Source of the DNA: Octopus sinensis
Taxonomy: Eukaryota
DNA length: 64,000 bases
NCBI RefSeq assembly: GCF_006345805.1
Contig: NC_043014.1
Span: 21,948,001-22,012,000, forward strand
Direction: 5' to 3'
Below the pieces are notes generated by a model. The model was not told the origin of the DNA. It searched no databases and saw only the letters and a list, made by a program, of their open reading frames with translations. Shown here one piece after another: positions 25,419 to 37,481 of the stretch. Both the position numbers and the translations under genes were made by a program. How positions within the stretch are numbered: the first letter of the stretch is position 1; each line of letters opens with the position of its first letter.

Positions 25419-25567
25419 AAATTTGACATGTAGAATTCCTCGCTCTTTCAGTTGTCACTTGTATTCAGTCCCCATTTAAGACATTTCTCCCACGGACCTA
25501 TGTAATGTGATGTGATGTGTGTGTGTATATATATATATATATGTGTGTGTGTGTGGTGTGTGTGTGT

Positions 25568-25622
<55 letters not shown>

Positions 25623-26570
25623 GCCTGTTTACAATGGTGCTGTTATTTCTGTTTGTTAATATCACTGTTTCTAGATTTCTAAAAAAGTTTTATGTGAATA
25701 TAGAACAAACATTAGATTTGTATTGTTTGTATTTGAGTGCCGTTGTTGTTGTCATTGTCGTGGTCAAGCCCAAACCAACCCTTGTCGAGCAGATCCATGA
25801 TCACAGACATTCCAATTGTAACTATCCCATTTTATTAAAGTATATATGACTACATGATCTAATGTGTCATTTCCTTATTTGAAATGACAAAATATCATTT
25901 GAAGCACAATTTTGCGACAATTTCTTGCTGGACGAGACTCCTTCTGTGGCTCGGACTGTCGCGTGTTTACCTTTGTTGAAAGTTTTGACTGGTATACTCT
26001 ATCAATATTCTATGCATGAAACTGTGGGGCTCTACTTTACGTTTGTAGTATTTATCCATGTTTACCACAGAGCAGTCATTCTTACATACCCAATGGTATG
26101 TTATTTTAGCTCGCCATATCACGAAGGGAGTTAATACATTGGTAACATTCGAGGCAGCTGCTGATTACATGTAAAATGTAACCACAGATGGACATAATCA
26201 ACGTCTTCCGTTGTAACTTGTTCAATAGATATTTTGCATATAACATTAGCTCTTCGATTACAACAGTAAGACTTACTAACTATAACTTGATGTGGTAGTT
26301 CCGAGTATAATGGAAGCTACACACTTGTCAATGTTGGCATTTCAAGCTTAGAGTTAAAAGTATCCACGCTTGACTTTAATGACATGTAGATTGTTTCTCC
26401 TCCCAGAAGAGAGAGAGAGAGAGAGGGAAGAGAGAGAGAGAGAGAGAAGGAAAGAGAAGGAGAGAGAATGAAAGAGTGAATGAGAGTGAGAGACAGACAC
26501 AGAGAGGGAGGGAGGGGAGAGAGAATGAAAGAGTGAATGAGAGTGAGAGACAGACACAGAGAGGGAGGGG

Positions 26571-26615
<45 letters not shown>

Positions 26616-26843
26616 GGAGATAGAGAAATCAGCTTCAGAACTGGTTTGGTACATGATTTATCCTACCTGAAAAGTTGAGGTGCAAAGTTGACCTCGGTGA
26701 GTCTGAACCAAAAGTGCCGGGAGCTGGAATGACATGTATATTGCACGCGCGTTTATATATATATGTATGCATATATATATGTGCATAGCTCCTACACGCA
26801 TTTTTTTTCTCTCCTTGTTTCTCTCCTTGTTTTTTTCTGTGTA

Positions 26844-26881
26844 TCTTTCTGTCGAAGAGCGTAGGCTCGAAACGTAAAAGA
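26844..26881 (+). ncRNA. Degenerate minimal type I hammerhead ribozyme (Penelope pLTR type)
   Basis: TCTTT-CTGTCGA-A-GAGC(gtag)GCTC-GAA-ACGT-A-AAAGA; A6 replaced by U. Confidence 0.55.
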
Positions 26882-27007
26882 CTTGTTCTATTTCTATTCC
26901 TGAGCGCCATACTAATACATTTGTTTGTTTGTACTCCACCTGCCTTTGTCTTTTGTTTATTTTCGTAAACCTTCCTGTTATATATATATATATATATATA
27001 TATATAG

Positions 27008-27600
27008 GTTAGAGAGAGACACCAACAAGAGAAATGAAACCAATACTTGGTATGATAACAAAAAATTTCACTGTGTAATGTTTGTTGACGCCACATCTAA
27101 GAACGAATTGTGTAAGGCATTCAAGAAAATCCTGCACACAACTGGCCTTAAGATCAATGTTGTAGAAAAGACAGGTAGGTCTATCAAATCTGTATTGTGT
27201 AGATCATATCCATTTGATAGATTCACATGTCAAAATAATTGTGTGGTGTTCTACAAACCCACATGTGAACTGCAAAACCAAGAGCACTGTATACCAAATT
27301 AAGTGACAAGAAGGAGCTTGCGCGACTAACCGAGAGTCATACATAGGTGAGACTTCTAGGAGTATCAATGATAGATTCAAAGAACACCTGGACAACTACA
27401 TTGAAAGGAAACCAAACTCTATCTTCTATCAGCATGCTGTAGACTGCCACAAGGGCTCCTTAGGGAGACTTAAATTAAACATTTTATCAACACATCCCAC
27501 TGATGCAATGCTGAGACAGGTCACTGAAGCTCTTTGTATACAGGAATACAAACCCACTCTCAACCGAAAACCCGAATGGGGTAACATCTAGATTCCACTC
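27008..27600 (+). mobile_element. Penelope-like element 3' fragment (GIY-YIG endonuclease)
   Basis: With one frameshift and one stop: NCKTKSTVYQIK*...SYIGETSRSINDRFKEHL...RQVTEALCIQEYKPTLNRKPEWG; begins directly after (TA)n. Confidence 0.75.
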
Positions 27601-27655
27601 GGGAGTACCATTCTATAACCACCCCTTTCTCTCTCATTTACATATAATAATCCAT

Positions 27656-27982
27656 GCATACTTGTCGAAATGCTTGGTACTAAAATGCATATATGCAGTT
27701 ATATATAACCGTACGAGCGTACATTGTTTGATATGTATGTACGAATGTGTAGATGTATATGTGTGTATACGTGTGTGTATGTGTTGTGTGTTGTGTATGT
27801 TAGTGTATAAGTATGTACATGCATGCACATATGAGTATGTGTAAATATATATATATGTATTATATATGCATGCATGTAAAAATAAAAAAAAGGATAAATA
27901 GAATAAAATAAAACAAATTTGAATTTTAACTGTTGTCCCTGAAAAAGAGTGTCATATATATGTATATGTATGTGTGTGTATG

Positions 27983-28036
<54 letters not shown>

Positions 28037-28489
28037 CACACACACATACATATACATATATATATATACATATATATGACACTCTTTGTGTCATATATAT
28101 GCATATATATATGTATATGTATGTGTGTGTATGTATAAATATATATATATATATTTATACATACACACACACATACATATACATATATATATATACATAT
28201 ATATGACATTCTTTTCAGGGACAACGGTTAAAATTCAAATTTGTTTTATTTTATTCTATTTATCCTTTTTTAAAATTTTTACATGCATGCATATATAATA
28301 CATATATATATATTTACACATACTCATATGTGCATTCATGTACATACTTATACACTAACATACACAACACACAACACACAACACATACACACACGTATAC
28401 ACACATATACATCTACACATTCGTACATACATATCAAACAATGTACGCTCGTACGGTTATATATAACTGCATATATGCATGCAAGTATG
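27656..28489. repeat. Nested fold-back (inverted repeat) centred on (TA)n
   Basis: 27685-27960 is the reverse complement of ~28200-28480, including the non-simple sequence GATAAATAGAATAAAATAAAACAAATTTGAATTTTAACTGTTGTCCCTGAAAA; the interior is itself palindromic. Confidence 0.75.
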
Positions 28490-28961
28490 TATGTATGTAT
28501 GTATGTATGTATGTATGTATGTATGTATGTATGTATGTAGAGATGGATGAGCGTATATGTGTGTATACTTTATGATTATACGTATATTTGTGAGTATGTG
28601 TAAGTGTCTATATGATTGTATGTACTTGTATATATGTATAAGGTTATATGTGCATGTATGTATCTAAGACGTTGTATCCATTCACTGTTAGACGTGTCTA
28701 TATAAATGTATATGTGTGTATATATACAACCTTCAACAAGGTAACAGTCATGTATACAACTTGAACTGACACATATCATTACATAAACATACGTTCACAT
28801 ATACATACACATGTACAAACACACAGACACGTCTACACACTCTCATAAATACTCACATACATACGTAAGTACATAGGTACATACATGCGTATAGGCATGC
28901 ACACATGCATGCCTATACACATACATGTACACACATACATACATACGCACATACATACATA

Positions 28962-31900
28962 TTATGGCTGCCCCCTTGTTATCGAGTATGGCCATTACAC
29001 GAAGCTTAACTGTTACTGGTGCTGTGATCGAATGTGACATTTTAGCACAACTAAAGATCTACAATGCCTTGTACAGAATTGGCAGCTAAAACCTTTACTG
29101 GTAATAGCCGACTGTAGTTGTAACTGGGCTTCATGTACCTTTGCATGTCGTTTAAGTCCTCCTGCCGAATTACACTCTCTTTCACATGCCCGACAGATAT
29201 GATTAGTATGGTGTGTTACACCACTACCAGTGGCCAGGTTGTCACTCATCTGTCTCGTTTTATGACTACCAAGATGACTCATGAGTCCAGCTTTACTGAG
29301 GCAGGATCTTGCACAGATATTGCATGTTAGAATCAAAGGAAGACCCTTCCCTTCTGGAAGTGTAACAGCAATGCCCTTCGTGACATCCCTCCTTACTTTC
29401 TCATGTGCAACTCGAGATTTCTCAAACGTGGCTGTCCCCTCATGCACAATCCTTCTCCACCTGCTACGATCAATAGCTATGCCTTCCCATGTCTCAGGAG
29501 AGATGCAAGCATCTCTTAAGGAAGCCTTCAGCAAGTCCTTATACCTCTTTTTGGTTTATGTGGAGATCGTTCTCCTTTAGCTAACTCTCCATAAAAGAGT
29601 TGTTTTGGCATCCTTGAATCCTTCATTCTGACCAGATGACCATCTGAGTCTTTGCTTTAACACAAGAGCTTCTATACTTACACATCGAGAGCCTTCGGGT
29701 ATTTCAAGATCACTGATGCGGTACTTCCACTTAATGCTATAGATCCGTCTGAGGCACATCTGATGGAAACGTTCCAGTTGTTTAAGGTGGTATCGATATG
29801 TGACCCACGTCTCGCAGGCATAGAGAAGAGAAGGGAGCACACATGCCTTGTACACCTTTATCTTTGTCTTTCTGCATATGTCTCGCCGACTCCAGAGGCA
29901 CTTTTCTAGCCTTCCGAAAGCAACACTTGCTTTCCTAATTCTATATGGAATTTCATCATCCACATTGCCATATCTATTAATAGTGCTTCCCAGGTAGACA
30001 AACTGATCGACTACATCAAGTCGTTTACCATTCACATAGATATTTGGTACACTATACTGCTTACCAGGGGCAGGTTGATGCATGACAACAGTTTTCTTGA
30101 GATTGACTGTCAATCCTAAGGCAGTGCAAGCATCAGAGAATGCATTCAAAATGTGTTGCATATCAATCTCTGTGTGTGCTACTAGCTCACAATCATCAGC
30201 ATACAAAAGGTCTCTTATGATAAAGGTAAATATCTTTGTTTTTGCAGCAAGGCGCCTGATATTAAATATGCTGCCAGAGGTTCGATAATGGACGTAAACA
30301 CCGTGTCTGCAGTTTCTGAATGCAATACAGAACACCATCGCGAAATATATGGAAAATAGGGTCGGTGCCACAATATGCCCCTGTTTCACTCCATTTTGTA
30401 TTGAAATGGGCTCCGACATCTTCCCTCTAACATTCACCCTACCATTCATGTCTTCATGAAAAGACCTAACCAAAGCAAGGAACTTTTCAGGACACCCAAA
30501 TTTCTGGAGGACTTTCCACAATGCTTTTCTATTGACGGTATCAAAGGCTTTTGTCAGATCGACAAACACCTGATACAAATCCAGACCCTGTTCCACACAC
30601 TTTTCCTGAAGCTGTCTAGCTGAAAAGATCAGTGCCACGTCCCACACGAAAGCCAGATTGACTTTCTGGAAGAACACAATCTGCAATATATTTCAGCAGA
30701 CGATCCAGAAATATCCTGCATAAAATCTTTCCTACAGCAGACAGCAATGATACTCCCCTATAATTACCACAATCATTCCTGTTGCCCTTTCCCTTATACA
30801 GGACCACCATTACTGCATCTCTCCAGTCCTCAGGTACAGATTCACTAGTCCATACCTTACCAAACAAAGAGTGAAGTTTCTGCAGAATTTTCTCACCACC
30901 ATGCTGTAACAACTCCGCATGTATGCCATCCATACCCGGAGACTTCCCATTATTCAACTTTGAGACAGCCATTGCTACTTCTTCCAACTTTGGTGGTTCT
31001 GCGAATGCTGCCTTCACAGGCAATCCAGGGATGAGATTGAGAACATCCTCACTAACTACAGACTGATGATTCAAAAGTTCATCAAAGTGTTCTTGCCACC
31101 TTCACAGAATTCCTTGTGAATCACGAAGAAGTTCTTTACCATCCCTGCTTCGAATTGGTGTCATCAGGGAAGACGTCGGTCCATAAACATCTCACAAAAG
31201 ACCATACAACAGCTTTGTGTTATTGGAATTTGATGCCGCTTGTATCTCATCAGCCTTCTTACTCCACCACGTATCCCTCATCTGAGAGAGCTGTTGCCTC
31301 ACACGTGATTTTACGTCCTTGAGTTCCCTATGCAACACTTCCCTTTCCTGTGACTTTGCTGACAAAAACGTGACAAATTATGTCTTTTATCAGCCAATTA
31401 ATCATCTATATGTTCATCATCTTCTTTGAACCAATCTTGATGCTTTCTTTGTATCAATCCCAGAACTTTCTTGCCTATATCATAAACTGACTTTTTAAGA
31501 GTCGGCCAATCCTCCCCAATATCTGTAGCATTCATTTCCTCTCGTAAAGTTCTCTTCACACTATTATACCTAAGACGATCAACATTCAGTCTTTTAGGCA
31601 GGGTCATCCCTGCAGCTTGGATTTTATGTTTTGTGACTAATTTCACTTTTGCACGTACTAGGCGGTGGTCAGTCCAACACTCAGCTCCACGAAGAACATG
31701 AACACACTGCACATCCTGTCTGTCACGCACCCTAACTAGGATGTAATCCAGAATATGCCATTCTTTAGATGCAGGGTGAATCCATGTAATCTTAAGCTTA
31801 TTCTTTTGTTGAAACATGGTATTGGTAACACACAGACTCAGCTCCTCACACATCTGCAGCAAAAGCATGCCATTACCATTACACTTCCCCACCCCATGCT

Positions 31901-32530
31901 TTCCAATTACAGTCCATGTGTTAAAATCCCTACCCACTCTAGCATTAAAGTCACCCAGTACGATTATTTTGTCTGCCCGAGGGATATTTATTATAATGCC
32001 CTTCAAAGCATGGTAGAAAGAAAGTTTTTCGTCATCAGTATAGCACATAAGTTGGAGCATACATACTCACCAAGGTCATATAATTTCCTTTAGCCAAAGG
32101 AATTCTCATGGACATAAGACGCTCGTTAATTCCGATTAGGAATTCTTCCAACTTGTCCACAAGAGTAGCCATAACAGCAAATGCCACTCCAGCTTCTCCT
32201 CTAAGCTCTTCATCTCTCCCTTTCCAAAAGAATGTATATTTTCCACAAGATTCTGTAAGATGACCATCTCCAGGTAATCTCGTCTCAGATAAAGCAACGA
32301 TGTTAAGATCATAGCGTTGAAGCTCCTTCGCAACAAGCGCAGTCCTTCTTTCAGGACATTCAGAGGACTTGTGGTCAAGTAGTGTCCGTACATTCCAACA
32401 GCCAATATTCATTCTTTTCTTTGGTTCTGTCGCAGTAGCATGATGACGGCCGGGTTTAGACTGTGATGCTCTGGAGCCCCTGCCGGGCCAGACTCTTTCA
32501 GCCGATGTGGTTCAAGAGTCCTTACTGCCA
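28962..32530 (-). mobile_element. Near full-length RTE-clade LINE with frameshifts
   Basis: MNIGCWNVRTLLD...RRTALVAKEL...VALSETR, IIVLGDFNARVG, KSPGMDGI, FVDLTKAFDTVNR, GVKQG, LLYADD, plus three C-terminal C2H2 fingers. Confidence 0.9.
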
Positions 32531-33503
32531 TTTATTTTTATACTGTTTTGGTACATCATTGATTTTTGCTTTTTAAGGCTACAGCCAGCCACTCAGTTGA
32601 GACTCACGGCACTATCAACAATCATGAATTAGTTAATCACTTTAATCAATCCAATGTAGTTATCGTGCAATACCTGTGCAAAAAGATTTTTTTAAAGTGA
32701 GGAAAGGCTGTGCACTGAGTCAGTCCCACTCACTAAGCAACAGCAGCCATAATCCGAAAAGAAGAACAAGTCAACATCATCGGTAACCACTGAGCTGCAG
32801 GTTTTATGTTGGAGTTATCCCAGTTACCTGAGTTACCTTCTCCTAGAAGGATGCCCTAACAAAGGCTAAGAGTCCTTCACTCCCAATGGTTTAACCGCGC
32901 GATCGGGTATTCAGTCCGATTATTTCTATGTCCCCGCGCATGATACAGCCTTAAGCCTTAAGAAAAAAAAAAAGAAAAAAACATTTATTGGATGGCCGCT
33001 GACTCTCAAGAGTTCCTCCGCTCTTTGACGGGTTTTGTTTTTCACCCTCCTCACCAAGCAAGCATGGTGGGGTTACCGGTTTAGTCGCCGACGACCCGAC
33101 CATGCAACAGGTTGTTCTGGGTTACATGTTACCAGTAGCACTCGAAAGTGACATACATACATACGCACATACATGCATACATACATACATACATACATAC
33201 ATACATACATACATACATACATACATACATACATACATACATACACACACACACGCATACATACGTACATATATATCATGAACTAACTGTTACTTTCTCA
33301 GATGCAGCACGAAGCTTTGTCAATGAGCAGGTCGCGGTCTCAAAGCGACGAAAATATTTTGCCAAATTAAATTTAAATGTTGAAGTGAATCTAACGGCTT
33401 TGTGTTTCTTAAATGGCTTATAAACACCTTCCACGCTGCAATTGTTTTCGTTCCAGCACACGATCTCAGATCAAGTCACTCGCTATGCAAGTACATCTCC
33501 GTA

Positions 33504-33574
<71 letters not shown>

Positions 33575-33693
33575 ACAATCAAGGAACGGCCATAATAGGC
33601 CATTCACCCACTAGAAATAACAGCCAAAGCTTCAACCGCAAATAAAAATCAATTCCGTAAACCAGGAGAAAATTAAAAAACATTTACCCTGTA

Positions 33694-33800
33694 ATTTCTT
33701 ATACGATGCACCGTTTCATCTACTGTTTAATGGTAAACTAACCTGATTAAATTAAATCAAGCCAATCTTCCATAGGCCCTTAGATTCATCAGTAAGAAAT
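33694..33800 (-). ncRNA. Type I hammerhead ribozyme (first of six minus-strand copies, one per direct unit)
   Basis: Reverse complement of the 36595-36701 motif; predicted cleavage 3' of the minus-strand A at 33702. Confidence 0.8.
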
Positions 33801-36594
33801 AGCCAAGTCGGAACAGATATTTTCACGAGGCATTTCCGACCCTGCCAAGGCAATATCTGACCTAAAATTTTCAAATCATCGCACTCGCGCCAAATTTATC
33901 GGCAGCAAATAAATATAAGCCGTCGATTCCAGTACGGAATTAACCAGAAAATTCATAATTAATCAATATAGGGTGGCAAAAAATTTTGTAGAATTTTTTT
34001 TGCCACCAGCGGCCTAGTGGGAAAAAATTAAATAGTCATAGACCATTTTTAAGTTCAACATCAACAATCAAGGAACGGCCATAATAGGCCATTCACCCAC
34101 TAGAAATAACAGCCAAGCTTCAACCGCAAATAAAAATCAATTCCGTAAACCAGGAGAAAATTAAAAAACATTTACCCTGTAATTTCTTATACGATGCACC
34201 GTTTCATCTACTGTTAATGGTAAACTAACCTGATTAAATTAAATCAAGCCAATCTTCCATAGGCCCTTAGATTCATCAGTAAGAAATAGCCAAGTCGGAA
34301 CAGATATTTTCACGAGGCATTTCCGACCCTGCCAAGGCAATATCTGACCTAAAATTTTCAAATCATCGCACTCGCGCCAAATTTATCGGCAGCAAATAAA
34401 TATAAGCCGTCGATTCCATTACGGAATTAACCAGAAAATTCATAATTAATCAATATAGGGTGGCAAAAAATTTTGTAGAATTTTTTTTGCCACCAGCGGC
34501 CTAGTGGGAAAAAATTAAATAGTCATAGACCATTTTTAAGTTCAACATCAACAATCAAGGAACGGCCATAATAGGCCATTCACCCACTAGAAATAACAGC
34601 CAAAGCTTCAACCGCAAATAAAAATCAATTCCGTAAACCAGGAGAAAATTAAAAAGCATTTACCCTGTAATTTCTTATACGATGCACCGTTTCATCTACT
34701 GTTTAATGGTAAACTAACCTGATTAAATTAAATCAAGCCAATCTTCCATAGGCCCTTAGATTCATCAGTAAGAAATAGCCAAGTCGGAACAGATATTTTC
34801 ACGAGGCATTTCCGACCCTGCCAAGGCAATATCTGACCTAAAATTTTCAAATCATCGCACTCGCGCCAAATTTATCGGCAGCAAATAAATATAAGCCGTC
34901 GATTCCATTACGGAATTAACCAGAAAATTCATAATTAATCAATATAGGGTGGCAAAAAATTTTGTAGAATTTTTTTTGCCACCAGCGGCCTAGTGGGAAA
35001 AAATTAAATAGTCATAGACCATTTTTAAGTTCAACATCAACAATCAAGGAAGGGCCATAATAGGCCATTCACCCACTAGAAATAACAGCCAAAGCTTCAA
35101 CCGCAAATAAAAATCAATTCCGTAAACCAGGAGAAAATTAAAAAACATTTACCCTGTAATTTCTTATACGATGCACCGTTTCATCTACTGTTAATGGTAA
35201 ACTAACCTGATTAAATTAAATAAAGCCAATCTTCCATAGGCCCTTAGATTCATCAGTAAGAAATAGCCAAGTCGGAACAGATATTTTCACGAGGCATTTC
35301 CGACCCTGCCAAGGCAATATCTGACCTAAAATTTTCAAATCATCGCACTCGCGCCAAATTTATCGGCAGCAAATAAATATAAGCCGTCGATTCCATTACG
35401 GAATTAACCAGAAAATTCATAATTAATCAATATAGGGTGGCAAAAAATTTTGTAGAATTTTTTTTGCCACCAGCGGCCTAGTGGGAAAAAATTAAATAGT
35501 CATAGACCATTTTTAAGTTCAACATCAACAATCAAGGAACGGCCATAATAGGCCATTCACCCACTAGAAATAACAGCCAAAGCTTCAACCGCAAATAAAA
35601 ATCAATTCCGTAAACCAGGAGAAAATTAAAAAAATTTACCCTGTAATTTCTTATACGATGCACCGTTTCATCTACTGTTAATGGTAAACTAACCTGATTA
35701 AATTAAACCAAGCCAATCTCCCTTAGATTCATCAGTAAGAAATAGCCAAGTCGGAACAGATATTTTCACGAGGCATTTCCGACCCTGCCAAGGCAATATC
35801 TGACCTAAAATTTTCAAATCATCGCACTCGCGCCAAATTTATCGGCAGCAAATAAATATAAGCCGTCGATTCCATTACGGAATTAACCAGAAAATTCATA
35901 ATTAATCAATATAGGGTGGCAAAAAATTTTGTAGAATTTTTTTTGCCACCAGCGGCCTAGTGGGAAAAAATTAAATAGTCATAGACCATTTTTAAGTTCA
36001 ACATCAACAATCAAGGAACGGCCATAATAGGCCATTCACCCACTAGAAATAACAGCCAAAGCTTCAACCGCAAATAAAAATCAATTCCGTAAACCAGGAG
36101 AAAATTAAAAAACATTTACCCTGTAATTTCTTATACGATGCACCGTTTCATCTACTGTTTAATGGTAAACTAACCTGATTAAATTAAACCAAGCCAATCT
36201 CCCTTAGATTCATCAGTAAGAAATAGCCAAGTCGGAACAGATATTTTCACGAGGCATTTCCGACCCTGCGTTTGAAGCTTTGGCTGTTATTTCTAGTGGG
36301 TGAATGGCCTATTATGGCCGTTCCTTGATTGTTGATGTTGAACTTAAAAATGGTCTATGACTATTTAATTTTTTCCCACTAGGCCGCTGGTGGCAAAAAA
36401 ATTCTACAAAATTTTTTGCCACCCTATATTGATTAATTATGAATTTTCTGGTTAATTCCGTAATGGAATCGACGGCTTATATTTATTTGCTGCCGATAAA
36501 TTTGGCGCGAGTGCGATGATTTGAAAATTTTAGGTCAGATATTGCCTTGGCAGGGTCGGAAATGCCTCGTGAAAATATCTGTTCCGACTTGGCT

Positions 36595-36701
36595 ATTTCT
36601 TACTGATGAATCTAAGGGCCTATGGAAGATTGGCTTGATTTAATTTAATCAGGTTAGTTTACCATTAAACAGTAGATGAAACGGTGCATCGTATAAGAAA
36701 T
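36595..36701 (+). ncRNA. Type I hammerhead ribozyme in the inverted block
   Basis: Stem I ATTTCTTA/TAAGAAAT; core CTGATGA (36603-36609); stem II base ATCTA/TAGAT enclosing 58 nt; GAA-A; stem III ACGG/TCGT with TGCA loop; GUA cleavage triplet ending at 36693. Confidence 0.85.
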
Positions 36702-36930
36702 TACAGGGTAAATGTTTTTTAATTTTCTCCTGGTTTACGGAATTGATTTTTATTTGCGGTTGAAGCTTTGGCTGTTATTTCTAGTGGGTGAATGGCCTAT
36801 TATGGCCGTTCCTTGATTGTTGATGTTGAACTTAAAAATGGTCTATGACTATTTAATTTTTTCCCACTAGGCCGCTGGTGGCAAAAAAATTCTACAAAAT
36901 TTTTTGCCACCCTATATTGATTAATTATAA

Positions 36931-36967
<37 letters not shown>

Positions 36968-37009
36968 CATATATATATATGTATATATATACATATACAT
37001 ATATATCTC

Positions 37010-37205
37010 TTTTACTCTTTTACTCTTTTATTTGTTTTAGTCATTTGACTGCGACCATGCTGGAGCACCGCCTTTAGTCGAGCAAATCGACCCCGGGACT
37101 TATTCTTTGTAAGCCCAGTACTTATTCTATCGGTCTCTTTTGACGGGGACGTAAACACACCAGCATCGGTTGTCAAGCAATGTTAGGGGGACAAACACAG
37201 ACACA

Positions 37206-37267
<62 letters not shown>

Positions 37268-37436
37268 CATATATACGACAGGCTTCTTTCAGTTTCCGTC
37301 TACCAAATCCACTCATAAGGCATCGATCGGCCCGGGTCTATAGCAGAAGACACTTACCCAAGATGCCACGCAGTGGGACTGAACCCGGAACCACGTGGTT
37401 GGTTAGCAAGCTACATACCACACAACCACTCCTGCG

Positions 37437-37440
<4 letters not shown>
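37010..37440 (-). mobile_element. tRNA-derived SINE (two-part type)
   Basis: Minus-strand head AGGCGCAGGAGTGGTTGTGTGGTATGTAGCTTGCTAACCAACCACGTGGTTCCGGGTTCAGTCCC; homologous to the hosts of the ORF1-only elements. Confidence 0.75.

Positions 37441-37474
<34 letters not shown>

Positions 37475-37481
<7 letters not shown>

Larger units (their letters stand above)
33572..36928. repeat. ~488-bp hammerhead-containing tandem array (5.5 direct units + ~1.35 inverted units), candidate retrozyme
   Basis: Unit starts at 33572, 34061, 34548, 35037, 35525 and 36004; orientation switches at 36269/36270; (TA)n on both flanks; units are nearly identical. Confidence 0.9.

Noticed and set aside
36534-36588. 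HDV-like ribozyme call for the pseudoknot
   Set aside because: There is no room for P1.1, P4 or the catalytic J4/2 C between the two 3' strands.
36670-36682. 12-nt identity AGTAGATGAAAC between the array unit and the repeat near 42236
   Set aside because: Matches of this length are expected by chance within 64 kb.
33572-36928. CRISPR array or foldback DNA transposon reading of the tandem array
   Set aside because: There are no unique spacers or cas genes and the context is eukaryotic. The two ends lie at different phases of the unit, so they are not matching TIRs.
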